NCBI GenBank assembly: GCA_026388155.1
Contig: JAPLKI010000025.1
Span: forward strand, 220,931 to 284,930
Origin: Elusimicrobiota bacterium
GTDB lineage: Bacteria; Elusimicrobiota; Elusimicrobia; Elusimicrobiales; UBA9959
Length of the DNA stretch: 64,000 nt
Reading direction: 5' to 3'
Below are positions 46,261 through 54,654 of the stretch, in pieces. Position 1 is the stretch's first letter. Each line of letters starts with the position of its first letter. The translations under genes and the position numbers were made by a program. The notes beneath the pieces are model-generated. The model was not told the origin of the DNA, searched no databases, and saw only the letters and a program-made list of their open reading frames with translations.

Positions 46261-48270
46261 ATGGAAACGCTGATAGACATACGCAAGGTCTCCAAGACCT
46301 ATCTCACCGGCTCATTTACAGTGGAGGCGCTTAAAGAAGTCTCCCTCAAAATAAAAGCCGGCGAGCTGGTATCTCTGACAGGCCCTTCCGGGTCCGGCAA
46401 ATCCACTTTAATGCACATCCTGGGTTTTCTGGACCGGCTGGACTCAGGGGAATACTATTTCGCGGGCCATCCGACGTCCAGCCTTGATGAAGGCCAGTTG
46501 GCCGCCATCCGCAGCCGCATGGTCGGCTTCATATTCCAGTCTTTCCACCTTCTAAAGAGGACCACGGCCAGAGATAACGTCATGCTGCCCATGGTCTACA
46601 GCGGCCTCGGAACGGATGCGCGTAAAGCCCTGGAGTGCCTGCGGCTTGTAGGCCTCTCCGATAGGGCAAAGCATAAATCGAACGAACTCTCCGGCGGACA
46701 GTGTCAGCGTGTGGCGGTAGCCCGCGCACTTGTGAACAACCCGCTTATTCTGCTGGCCGACGAACCCACCGGCAACCTGGATGCCAAAAGCCGCCAGGAA
46801 GTGATGCAGGTAATAAAAGACCTCAATGACCGCGGCCTTACCGTGGTCATAGTCACGCATGATGAAGAGGTTTCGGCGCAGACCCGCCGCGTGGTGCGTA
46901 TGAAGGACGGCGAGATAGTTTCCGATGAAACCCGCCCCGCTCTTTTAGGCCGGGAAGCGCGGCTTGAAACCCAGCCTGAATCTTTTGCGCCCGGGCAATT
47001 GAGCCAAAAGGGCGGGGCCGCGCGGCTGCCCAAAGCGCGTATGGGCTTCACCCCTTCCGAAATCGGCGAACAGTTAAAGGTAGCTTTCAAGGCCATCTGG
47101 AGCCACAAAACACGCAGCGCTCTGACCATACTGGGCATCTTTATAGGCGTGGGCTCCATCATCTCGCTTATGACCATAAGCGAAGGTTTCATGAAAAGCC
47201 TGCTCAGCGGCGCCAGCGAAGACGACGCCAAAAAGGTCTACGTCACGCCTCGCCAGGAACACCTCAAAGCAAGCCGCCGCCTTACATACAGCGACGTGGA
47301 GGCCATAAGGTCCGGGGTGCCGCTGGCGGAAAAGATCACGCCCATAGTGCAGGGCAGCGCCCAGGCCTCTGTAGGGAATAAACACGTTGACGCCAGCATA
47401 CAGAGCAGCGAGGGTTTTACCCTGGAAGCTCAAAAGTCAAAAAAGAAATTTTTTGAGAACCGCAGCCTGGAAGGCCGCTTCTTCACTCCGGCTGAAAATT
47501 TGAACCGCGCGCGTGTGGCGGTTATCAATCAGACTTTGGCCAAAAAAATGTTCGGCTCGGGATCGGCGGTCAACAACGAGATACGCCTAAAGGATATAAC
47601 GTTCACGGTAGTGGGGGTCGCGGAGGACCAGAAAGCGGAACAGATCTTCGGAGGCCGGCCTACGGCCTATATCCCTATCAACACCGCCTCCAAGCGCGTG
47701 TTCGGTTCTACCCGCCTGGACTATATAGAAGTGGTCGCGCCCACCCCCGCCGACTCTGTTGAGGCGCGCAAGCAGATAATCCTGGTCCTGCGTAAAGCGC
47801 ACGCTCTGCGCGAAGACAAGGACGATGACTTTGAAGTTAAAACTTTTGAGGCGCAGATAAAGATGTTCAAAGACGGCATGGGGAAACTCTCGCTGGTGGT
47901 CTACGCGATAGCGGGCATTTCCCTTCTTGTAGGCGGCATAGGGATTATGAACATCATGCTTGTCAGCGTCACTGAACGCACCCGCGAGATAGGATTGCGC
48001 AAAGCCCTGGGGGCCAAGAACTCCGACATTTTAGGCCAGTTCCTAATTGAGGCGGTCACGCTTTGCCTTATAGGCGGGGCATTGGGCATAGCCCTGGGGT
48101 TTGCATTGGGCTGGGCGGCTTACTTTTTTATTAAGGTACCTCCGACGCTGGGGATAGGCACCATTTCTTTCGCTTTCGGTTTTTCCACTATTATCGGTGT
48201 AAGCTTCGGTTTCTGGCCGGCGCTGCGCGCGGCAATGCTTGACCCCATAGAAGCGCTCCGTTACGAGTAA
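46261..48270 (+). CDS. macB: MacB-like fused ABC ATPase-permease
   Basis: GPSGSGKS, LSGGQ, DEPTGNLD; GGIGIMNIMLVSVTERTREIGLRKALGA; PIEALRYE. Confidence 0.9.
   Translation: METLIDIRKVSKTYLTGSFTVEALKEVSLKIKAGELVSLTGPSGSGKSTLMHILGFLDRLDSGEYYFAGHPTSSLDEGQLAAIRSRMVGFIFQSFHLLKRTTARDNVMLPMVYSGLGTDARKALECLRLVGLSDRAKHKSNELSGGQCQRVAVARALVNNPLILLADEPTGNLDAKSRQEVMQVIKDLNDRGLTVVIVTHDEEVSAQTRRVVRMKDGEIVSDETRPALLGREARLETQPESFAPGQLSQKGGAARLPKARMGFTPSEIGEQLKVAFKAIWSHKTRSALTILGIFIGVGSIISLMTISEGFMKSLLSGASEDDAKKVYVTPRQEHLKASRRLTYSDVEAIRSGVPLAEKITPIVQGSAQASVGNKHVDASIQSSEGFTLEAQKSKKKFFENRSLEGRFFTPAENLNRARVAVINQTLAKKMFGSGSAVNNEIRLKDITFTVVGVAEDQKAEQIFGGRPTAYIPINTASKRVFGSTRLDYIEVVAPTPADSVEARKQIILVLRKAHALREDKDDDFEVKTFEAQIKMFKDGMGKLSLVVYAIAGISLLVGGIGIMNIMLVSVTERTREIGLRKALGAKNSDILGQFLIEAVTLCLIGGALGIALGFALGWAAYFFIKVPPTLGIGTISFAFGFSTIIGVSFGFWPALRAAMLDPIEALRYE
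46934..47018. mobile_element. 85-bp family A element in the macB ATPase-permease linker
   Basis: GCCCCGCTCTTTTAG...CCAAAAGGGCGGGGC; interior aligns with 37158-37242; read as PALLGRE...SQKGGA. Confidence 0.75.
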
Positions 48271-48311
48271 TGTATAGGACAAGCGTGCGCGCATACCGCT
48301 CACACTCCGAC

Positions 48312-48341
48312 AAAAAGCCCGCTCTTTTGAGCGGGCTTTTT
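48312..48341. terminator. Bidirectional intrinsic terminator
   Basis: AAAAAGCCCGCTC-TTTT-GAGCGGGCTTTTT between convergent genes. Confidence 0.85.
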
Positions 48342-48447
48342 AGATAAACTTGCTTTATTATATTTAGAAAAGATAGTTCAGGCCTGCGCGGATTATGTTA
48401 TATCTATTATCTGAACGCCTTGTATGGGAACGATATGTCAGGCGTTT

Positions 48448-49776
48448 TTAAGCGGCCGGGGTCAGAGCAATGCTTTCTCCGTAATAGGCAGCCTCGGGGG
48501 TAAGGATAAGGCTTTCTCCGTAATCGGCTGTTTCGGTGGAAAGGGTCAGCCGGCAATTACCGGAGCGGCAGATTATGCTGAAAGCTCCTTTCTGCGGTTT
48601 ACTCCTTTCCAGGATATCCATGCCGCCGAGCGCTTTAAGCCTTGCAATCACCATGGCGCCGGTAATAAGGGTAAAGCGGGTAAATTCTTCTAAAGCGTCC
48701 GGCGCGCCTGCCCGGACCAGATAGCAGTCCCCCTGCACCTCTATGCGCGCTTCGGCGGTCATTTCTTCGGCCAGGAACTGCAGCAGCCTGCCTGTAAGAT
48801 ATTTAAGGTGCGACGCATTTATCTCATTTTGTACGCCTTTTGCCGCCGCCCTGAGCCGGTTCAGGGCGGCTTCTTCTATGACCATTCCTTCGTCGCCGGG
48901 GATCTTCTGAATGTCCGCTCCGGCGGGCGAAGCCAGTGTGTAAAGAGCGGAAATATTGGAGGGCTCGGTTATGCCGAATTCGAATTCAGCGCCCATGATG
49001 CCGCGTATCAACTCATGGAGCTCAAGGTCGAAAGGGTGGCTTATGGCGAGCAGCGTTGAAGCTCCCGGCGCGGCCAGCGCCGCTATATTGTTCTGCATGG
49101 CGAATTTTACCGGCAGCACGCCCGGTTTAATGTCCTCCGGATTTATCACCGGAAAATACGGAAGCTTAGAGAAGTCTGCTATAAGGCGCGCCACCCGGGC
49201 GGAGGTGATCCCAAGTATTTCGGCCAGCTTGTAGATATCTCCAAGCTGCAGCGCGGCCACGGCTTTAGCGCCGGCGCCGTCCAGCTTGAATCTGTCTATT
49301 ATGCTTAGTTTGAAGTCAGTAAACGTGTAATGCCCTTTTCCAGCGGCGGCGGGGAAGCTCCGCACTCCCTGCGACGGTATATATGCGCCCCAGGCGGTTT
49401 TTTTCCCCGCATAGCGCTTTGTGATTTCCAGCAGCGATTCTTTGTCGAAAGGTTTTGTGAGATAATCCACTCCGCCCGCCGCCAGCGCGCTTACCTTGTT
49501 CTGCGGCTGATTAAGCGCGGACAGGAACACAACCGGTATTGTTGAAGTCCTCGCGTCCTGCTTAAACACCTTGCATACCTCGTACCCGCTCATTGCCGGC
49601 ATCATAATGTCCAGAAGTATCAGATCCGGATTCAGTTTTTTCGCTATGGCAATGCCTATCCTGGGGTCCGAAGCGGAATAAACCAGGTAGCCTTCCCTTG
49701 TCAGCATAATTACAAGGGTCTGGATTATGTCCTTATTGTCGTCTATACAGAGGATTGTAAGCTGGTCGGCAGCCAT
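48448..49776 (-). CDS. Response regulator receiver fused to PilB/GspE N-terminal domains, lacking the ATPase core
   Basis: CIDDN, LLDIMMP, TKPF; then LAISHPFD and IARLKALGGMDILERSKPQKG...YGESLIL; no Walker A. Confidence 0.75.
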   Translation of the reverse strand: MAADQLTILCIDDNKDIIQTLVIMLTREGYLVYSASDPRIGIAIAKKLNPDLILLDIMMPAMSGYEVCKVFKQDARTSTIPVVFLSALNQPQNKVSALAAGGVDYLTKPFDKESLLEITKRYAGKKTAWGAYIPSQGVRSFPAAAGKGHYTFTDFKLSIIDRFKLDGAGAKAVAALQLGDIYKLAEILGITSARVARLIADFSKLPYFPVINPEDIKPGVLPVKFAMQNNIAALAAPGASTLLAISHPFDLELHELIRGIMGAEFEFGITEPSNISALYTLASPAGADIQKIPGDEGMVIEEAALNRLRAAAKGVQNEINASHLKYLTGRLLQFLAEEMTAEARIEVQGDCYLVRAGAPDALEEFTRFTLITGAMVIARLKALGGMDILERSKPQKGAFSIICRSGNCRLTLSTETADYGESLILTPEAAYYGESIALTPAA

Positions 49777-49945
49777 GTATTCTCAGACCTCGCGCCGCGT
49801 ATTTTGCGCGGATAAACTTGTGGAGCAATTATACTAAATCACCGTCAGCCCGGGCGAAGCATTTTCTAATTCATTTTCCGACTCAAATCCAAGGAACGGT
49901 GTGCATCAGAACGCCAAACAACGAAGGAGTGTCTGACGCACCACA

Positions 49946-51727
49946 CTAGCCCTGAACTGCGGCGCCGGCGACCTTGTAGAGCAGCATGGGCCGGGTTTTG
50001 CCCTTCATCAGGACCGGACCGCACGCCGTGAATTCAATTCCCGGGAAGCGGCCGCGGTCCACCTCCTGCAAAAGCGCTTCACTGACCAAAATCTCGGTCA
50101 AGAATTGCTTGGTCTGCCCCTCCACGCGCGAAGCCACGTTGACCGTATCGCCAAGCACCGTATACTCAAGCCTATTCTCAGTACCCACATTGCCCGCGAT
50201 CAATCCGCCGGTGTGCATCCCCACCCCGAAGCTCACCGGCTCGTGATCGCCCGTGGCGTTGAAGCGGCGCAGGGCGTCTTTCATGCCCAGGGCCGCGCGC
50301 AGGGCGGCCTCGGCATGGTCCGTCACCCCGAAGACGGGCGAAAATATCGCCATCACCGCGTCGCCCATGAATTTGTTGATGACGCCCTGATTATCCGTGA
50401 TGGGCCTGGTCACGGCCGTAAAGTATTCGTTGAGGAACCGGATCAGCTCGGTCGGGGGCAGCTTTTCGCTCAAAGGGGTGAAATTCCTGATATCCGAGAA
50501 AAGTATGGTGGCCCGGATCTCCTCGCCCGCGAGATTCACTTTGCCGCTCTTCATTATCTTTGCCGCGATCTCGATGGAGACATATTTGCCGAAGGTGTCC
50601 TTGATCCTCTCGCGCTCGGCCAATCCGTCGAGCATCAGGTTGAAGTGGCCCTTGAGCTGGCCGATCTCGTCGGCATAAAGCACCGAAGTCTTGCAGGAAA
50701 AATCCCCGGCCGCCACGGCCCGCATCCGGCGCACCAGGGCGTCTATAGGCTTCTGCACGCTCCATTTGAAAAACGCCACGGAAGCCAGTTGGAGGGGCAG
50801 GACGACCACGACAAGCAGCGCGATTATAAGGCAGGGAATCAGCGCCCGATGGTTCTGGAAAAATATTGTCCACTGGAAATTATGCCGCAGGCCCGATATG
50901 GCGTCTATGTTGAAGGACACAGGGACATAGAGGCTTAAGAGCAGCGGGACCATGGCCAGGGAAAACATCATCAGGCCGTGCCTGAGGGTCAAGCCAATGG
51001 CGAAGCCCCGCTTAAGGCCGTGCGGGTTGGTCTCCAGGAAGAAGGGCTTGGCGATAAAGCGCCGGATATAAAGCTGTGTGAGTTCCAGGTTAAGGTAGCT
51101 CACGAAGGCGCCGAAGAGCAAGGCGGCGACCGCAAATACCATCTTGATCCTGAGGCCCGGGACTCCGTACTGAGCGGCGAAGGCCGCAGTCTTGATGAAA
51201 TACTGCTGAACCGCGATAACCCAGACCAGGGCGAAAATGACCAACGGCAGGTTGATTATCCTCCTCTCCACCTGCGCGGGGTCTGGCTTCTTGCGAAAGA
51301 AACGGTATCTGTATAGCGGCCAGAGCCACAGCACCAGCAGCCAGCCGTACAAGCCGGCGATACTCTGCGAACTGCCGAACGATACGCTGATATCCTGGTC
51401 GGATTCCTTGGCCATTGTGAGGTTGCTGGCCTGGCCTGCTTCCCGCGTCCCCTCCCGGCCCTTTTTATCGGAATAATGCACTCCGCTCTTTTCAGTCTTG
51501 AGCGGATGGAATATCTTCTCCACCAGTTCCCGGGGCGGCTCATTATTGCGGCCGGCGGCCATTGCTTTGCTCAGCTCCGCCTCCAACAGGCGGATGTCAA
51601 TAAGGGAATAGCTCATGAACACGCTGCTCGTGATACCACCCAGGTTTATCATGAACCAAAAGAGGATGTAGAGCGGCAGATGGAGGTTCCGCACACCCCT
51701 CCAGAGTCGGGTTATGATCGTGGTCAT
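49946..51727 (-). CDS. Multi-TM HAMP class III adenylate cyclase
   Basis: DEIGQL HAMP, FSDIRNFT, NKFMGDA, YTVLGDTVNVASRVEG. Confidence 0.9.
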   Translation of the reverse strand: MTTIITRLWRGVRNLHLPLYILFWFMINLGGITSSVFMSYSLIDIRLLEAELSKAMAAGRNNEPPRELVEKIFHPLKTEKSGVHYSDKKGREGTREAGQASNLTMAKESDQDISVSFGSSQSIAGLYGWLLVLWLWPLYRYRFFRKKPDPAQVERRIINLPLVIFALVWVIAVQQYFIKTAAFAAQYGVPGLRIKMVFAVAALLFGAFVSYLNLELTQLYIRRFIAKPFFLETNPHGLKRGFAIGLTLRHGLMMFSLAMVPLLLSLYVPVSFNIDAISGLRHNFQWTIFFQNHRALIPCLIIALLVVVVLPLQLASVAFFKWSVQKPIDALVRRMRAVAAGDFSCKTSVLYADEIGQLKGHFNLMLDGLAERERIKDTFGKYVSIEIAAKIMKSGKVNLAGEEIRATILFSDIRNFTPLSEKLPPTELIRFLNEYFTAVTRPITDNQGVINKFMGDAVMAIFSPVFGVTDHAEAALRAALGMKDALRRFNATGDHEPVSFGVGMHTGGLIAGNVGTENRLEYTVLGDTVNVASRVEGQTKQFLTEILVSEALLQEVDRGRFPGIEFTACGPVLMKGKTRPMLLYKVAGAAVQG

Positions 51728-51845
51728 CGCGAATACCGTTGATCTATAGGAGACATAAGAGCGATCATTGTGTGTTTCCTTTGTGGTTGAAGCTTCTGCA
51801 CGCCTCCCGGAAAAAGCCGCAAAAGCGAACCTCTATCGCAATAAT

Positions 51846-52850
51846 TCATCGGATACACTTCTCTTTTATAATATTCACCAGAAGTTCTTCGGAATAATCC
51901 ACCCCCTGTTTATATTTTTTTTCAAGAGGCTGCTTGAAAGGATTTCTTTTTTGCCTGCCCGCAATGCACAGATGCATATGAAAAGAATAGCAATGCTGGC
52001 AATGATGATTCACAGGCTGGGGCAGAACAAAGTTATCTCCCAGGATCGGGAACACGATTTCATTGGACCTGATTTCGTTATGCAGGATCACAGCCGGCTT
52101 CCTGTGGAAGGCGAACAAGTGCATAGGAGCTGAATTAGGCCCTATAAAAAGATCGGCCTGTTTCATTAAAGCCGCCGCTGTTCCCAAACTTTTCACATCC
52201 CAGAGCCGTTCATGACAGGGAATTTTTTGATCGCCCGGAAAGCCGAACTGGACCCAGTGGATCTGATCCCTGGTCTTTTTAAAAATTCTATTCCAGGCGA
52301 ACCAGGAAAGAACATTTCCGACCGTTCTTCCCGAAGTATGCACCAGCAGCACTTTTTTATTTTTGGGAACTTTAGATCTCCATTCCGCGGCGGCATCCGA
52401 TTCCCGTTGAGAGCAATACAATTCCGGGGCCGGTTCCTCTGTCGTGTAAATGCCGAAAACCCGGAGCCTGCGCTGATGTGAATTTCCGAAGCCGAATTCC
52501 CGGAAGGCTCCCGCGGGTTCCCGTCCCGGAATATCCCTGATGGAGTCGACATAGGGGTTTAATTTAAAGACCTCTTCGGCAAATCTATGCGGAGCCGCAA
52601 AAACCCTGCAACCTTTATATTTTTCTTTTAACATTCTGGGAACATTTGTATAAGTGAGATAATCGCCTATATGGGATTTCCGTTCTCCGATAAAAAAACC
52701 CTCTTTTAATCCCGTATCTATTTCTTCCGCGGAAAAAGGTTTATCCGCGAATCTGTCTTTCCATGTTTCCTGGTAACGAAGTATTTCTTTTTCATAATCC
52801 GAAATGGAATAGTAATTTAAAACATCCTCGGTTAGCGGAGAACTATTCAT
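51846..52850 (-). CDS. Glycosyltransferase family 9-like (heptosyltransferase-like)
   Basis: HIGD, NPYVD, ADLFIGPNSAPMHL. Confidence 0.75.
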   Translation of the reverse strand: MNSSPLTEDVLNYYSISDYEKEILRYQETWKDRFADKPFSAEEIDTGLKEGFFIGERKSHIGDYLTYTNVPRMLKEKYKGCRVFAAPHRFAEEVFKLNPYVDSIRDIPGREPAGAFREFGFGNSHQRRLRVFGIYTTEEPAPELYCSQRESDAAAEWRSKVPKNKKVLLVHTSGRTVGNVLSWFAWNRIFKKTRDQIHWVQFGFPGDQKIPCHERLWDVKSLGTAAALMKQADLFIGPNSAPMHLFAFHRKPAVILHNEIRSNEIVFPILGDNFVLPQPVNHHCQHCYSFHMHLCIAGRQKRNPFKQPLEKKYKQGVDYSEELLVNIIKEKCIR

Positions 52851-53041
52851 TATCGGCTGCTCCTTTTTCCTCTGTCGGATTTTGGCCGGCACGAACCTGC
52901 AAGTCTCACCCGGTAAACCCGGCAAGATAAGGATATCCGGAACGCTGCGTCTTTTACTGAATTATTGTTTATGTTGTTTCGGGCTCGTTTCTTTACGGAT
53001 ACCGGGAACGGTTCTCAAATTATCGGTATTCGCGGTACGGC

Positions 53042-54493
53042 CTAATAATTGTTCGCCAATTCCACAAGCAGACTCTCGTGGAGTTTATCAATTTCGGCGG
53101 GGTCGGCCGAATAGTTGTTGATTATAAAGGTAAATGCCAGGCTGCGGCCTTTTTTTGTTTTAAGGTAGCCGGTATAGGCACGCACGCCGGTAAGCGAGCC
53201 TGATTTAATGCGCAGGCCTTTGGCCAGATAAGTATCGTTGCCCATGCGCTTTATATGGCCGGTGGCCTCGGGGTCAGCCGGAAACACCAGCGTATCCCCG
53301 AAAGCCTCAAAATATTTCTTCTTTGAAACCGAGCAGAGCAGGTCCGTAAAGTTCTCCGCCTTGACCATATCCGCCTGCGACAGCCCGGAAGCGTCTATAA
53401 GCTTCATTTCCGAGATGTCCACTTTCTGCGCGGCCAGGAAATCCCTCAGAATTTTTATGCCGTTGTCATCCGTGCCTTTAAGGCCCGACGCTGCGGCCAG
53501 CTGCCGCAGCATCAGTTCGGCGTAAAGGTTGAAACTGCGCTTATTGGTCACGCGTATTATATTTTCAAGCGCGGCGCCCTGTGTTTCAGTTATAAAAGTC
53601 AGCCGGGCATCCTTAAGGGGTTCGGCTGTCTTATAGGGTTTTTTATTTGAGTTTATTCCGGCATGCATTAAATAAGCGTTAAAGCTTTGCGCAGCGAACA
53701 ATGCCGGGGCCGGTAACGCGCCCTTAATGGCGAATTCTTCGGCACCCTGCGGAATGGAACCGCGCAGCACCGCCATATTTTGCTCCGGAAAGGCGAAAAC
53801 ATAGCCGTTGTCTCCGGAACCCTTCGGGCCGGTCAGCATATAATTTTCGAATTTAAGGTCCGCCAGGTAGGGTTCGGTGCGCAGGACTTTAGCTTCCCCG
53901 CCTACGGAATCGGACGGTTTGAAATAGAGTTTATAAAGGTTGTCGTTTATGGTGAGAGCCGAGGCCTGGGCGGCGTAGTAATTGCCTATATCTTCCCAGG
54001 CCCAGGAGCCGGGCTGAACGCTTTCAAAGGCGGACTCGTCGCCCACAACGGCTCCGTTAATGACATTTATGCCCCTGGCTTTAACAGCATCAGCCCAAAG
54101 CTTGAAGGTTTCCTCCAGCGGCCGGGCGTCTTTTATCAGTTGGGAACCAAGGGATGGATCCCCGCCGCCTTTAATATAGATGTTGCCGTTCAAAAAACCG
54201 TTCACGACAGCGCCGTCATGATAAACGGCGGTTTTGATCCTGTAATCCGGGCCAAGCCGGTCAAAAGCGGCGGCGGTAACGAAAATTTTAAGTATACTGC
54301 CCGGCGTCAGATTTTTCTGCGCGTTGTAAGCGGCCACGCTAATGCCTGAGGCGGCGTCCTTCACGCTTATCCCCCAGGAAGCGTTCTTGATTCCCGGCCG
54401 GGAGGCCAGTTCCTTTATTCTGGCGTTAATATCCGCCGCGCCCGAGGACCCCGCGCACAGCAGAACCAGCGCAAATAATATCACGCTTTTCAT
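53042..54493 (-). CDS. dacB: D-alanyl-D-alanine carboxypeptidase/endopeptidase PBP4 (peptidase S13)
   Basis: PGSILK (SxxK), GGGDPSL, SFN (SxN), DASGLS, KSGSL. Confidence 0.92.
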   Translation of the reverse strand: MKSVILFALVLLCAGSSGAADINARIKELASRPGIKNASWGISVKDAASGISVAAYNAQKNLTPGSILKIFVTAAAFDRLGPDYRIKTAVYHDGAVVNGFLNGNIYIKGGGDPSLGSQLIKDARPLEETFKLWADAVKARGINVINGAVVGDESAFESVQPGSWAWEDIGNYYAAQASALTINDNLYKLYFKPSDSVGGEAKVLRTEPYLADLKFENYMLTGPKGSGDNGYVFAFPEQNMAVLRGSIPQGAEEFAIKGALPAPALFAAQSFNAYLMHAGINSNKKPYKTAEPLKDARLTFITETQGAALENIIRVTNKRSFNLYAELMLRQLAAASGLKGTDDNGIKILRDFLAAQKVDISEMKLIDASGLSQADMVKAENFTDLLCSVSKKKYFEAFGDTLVFPADPEATGHIKRMGNDTYLAKGLRIKSGSLTGVRAYTGYLKTKKGRSLAFTFIINNYSADPAEIDKLHESLLVELANNY

Positions 54494-54500
54494 AAATAAA

Positions 54501-54509
54501 AGTATAGCA
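54501..54509 (-). promoter_or_regulatory. Extended -10 promoter (TGC-TATACT) 7 nt before the dacB ATG
   Basis: Minus strand reads tgcTATACTtttatttATG; no SD. Confidence 0.55.
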
Positions 54510-54654
54510 AATCAAAGAATTGTCGGGTTACCGCAGAGTGTTCAGTCCGAATTCTTCACTTATGAAGAATTCCCCTTCGCAGTGCTCAGGGGTCGCTTCG
54601 CGACGGATACACCCTTGAGAATTTTCGCACATAGTGCTGAAAATTCTCAACCCG

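Noticed and set aside
9511..47018. Constant-length repeats with variable interiors as a CRISPR-like array
   Set aside because: Copies are dispersed, ends are inverted rather than direct, interiors are partly homologous, and no cas genes are present.
48312..48341. Terminator shares GCCCGCTCTTTT with the family A terminal repeat
   Set aside because: Adequately explained as an ordinary bidirectional terminator; the similarity is too short to claim common origin.
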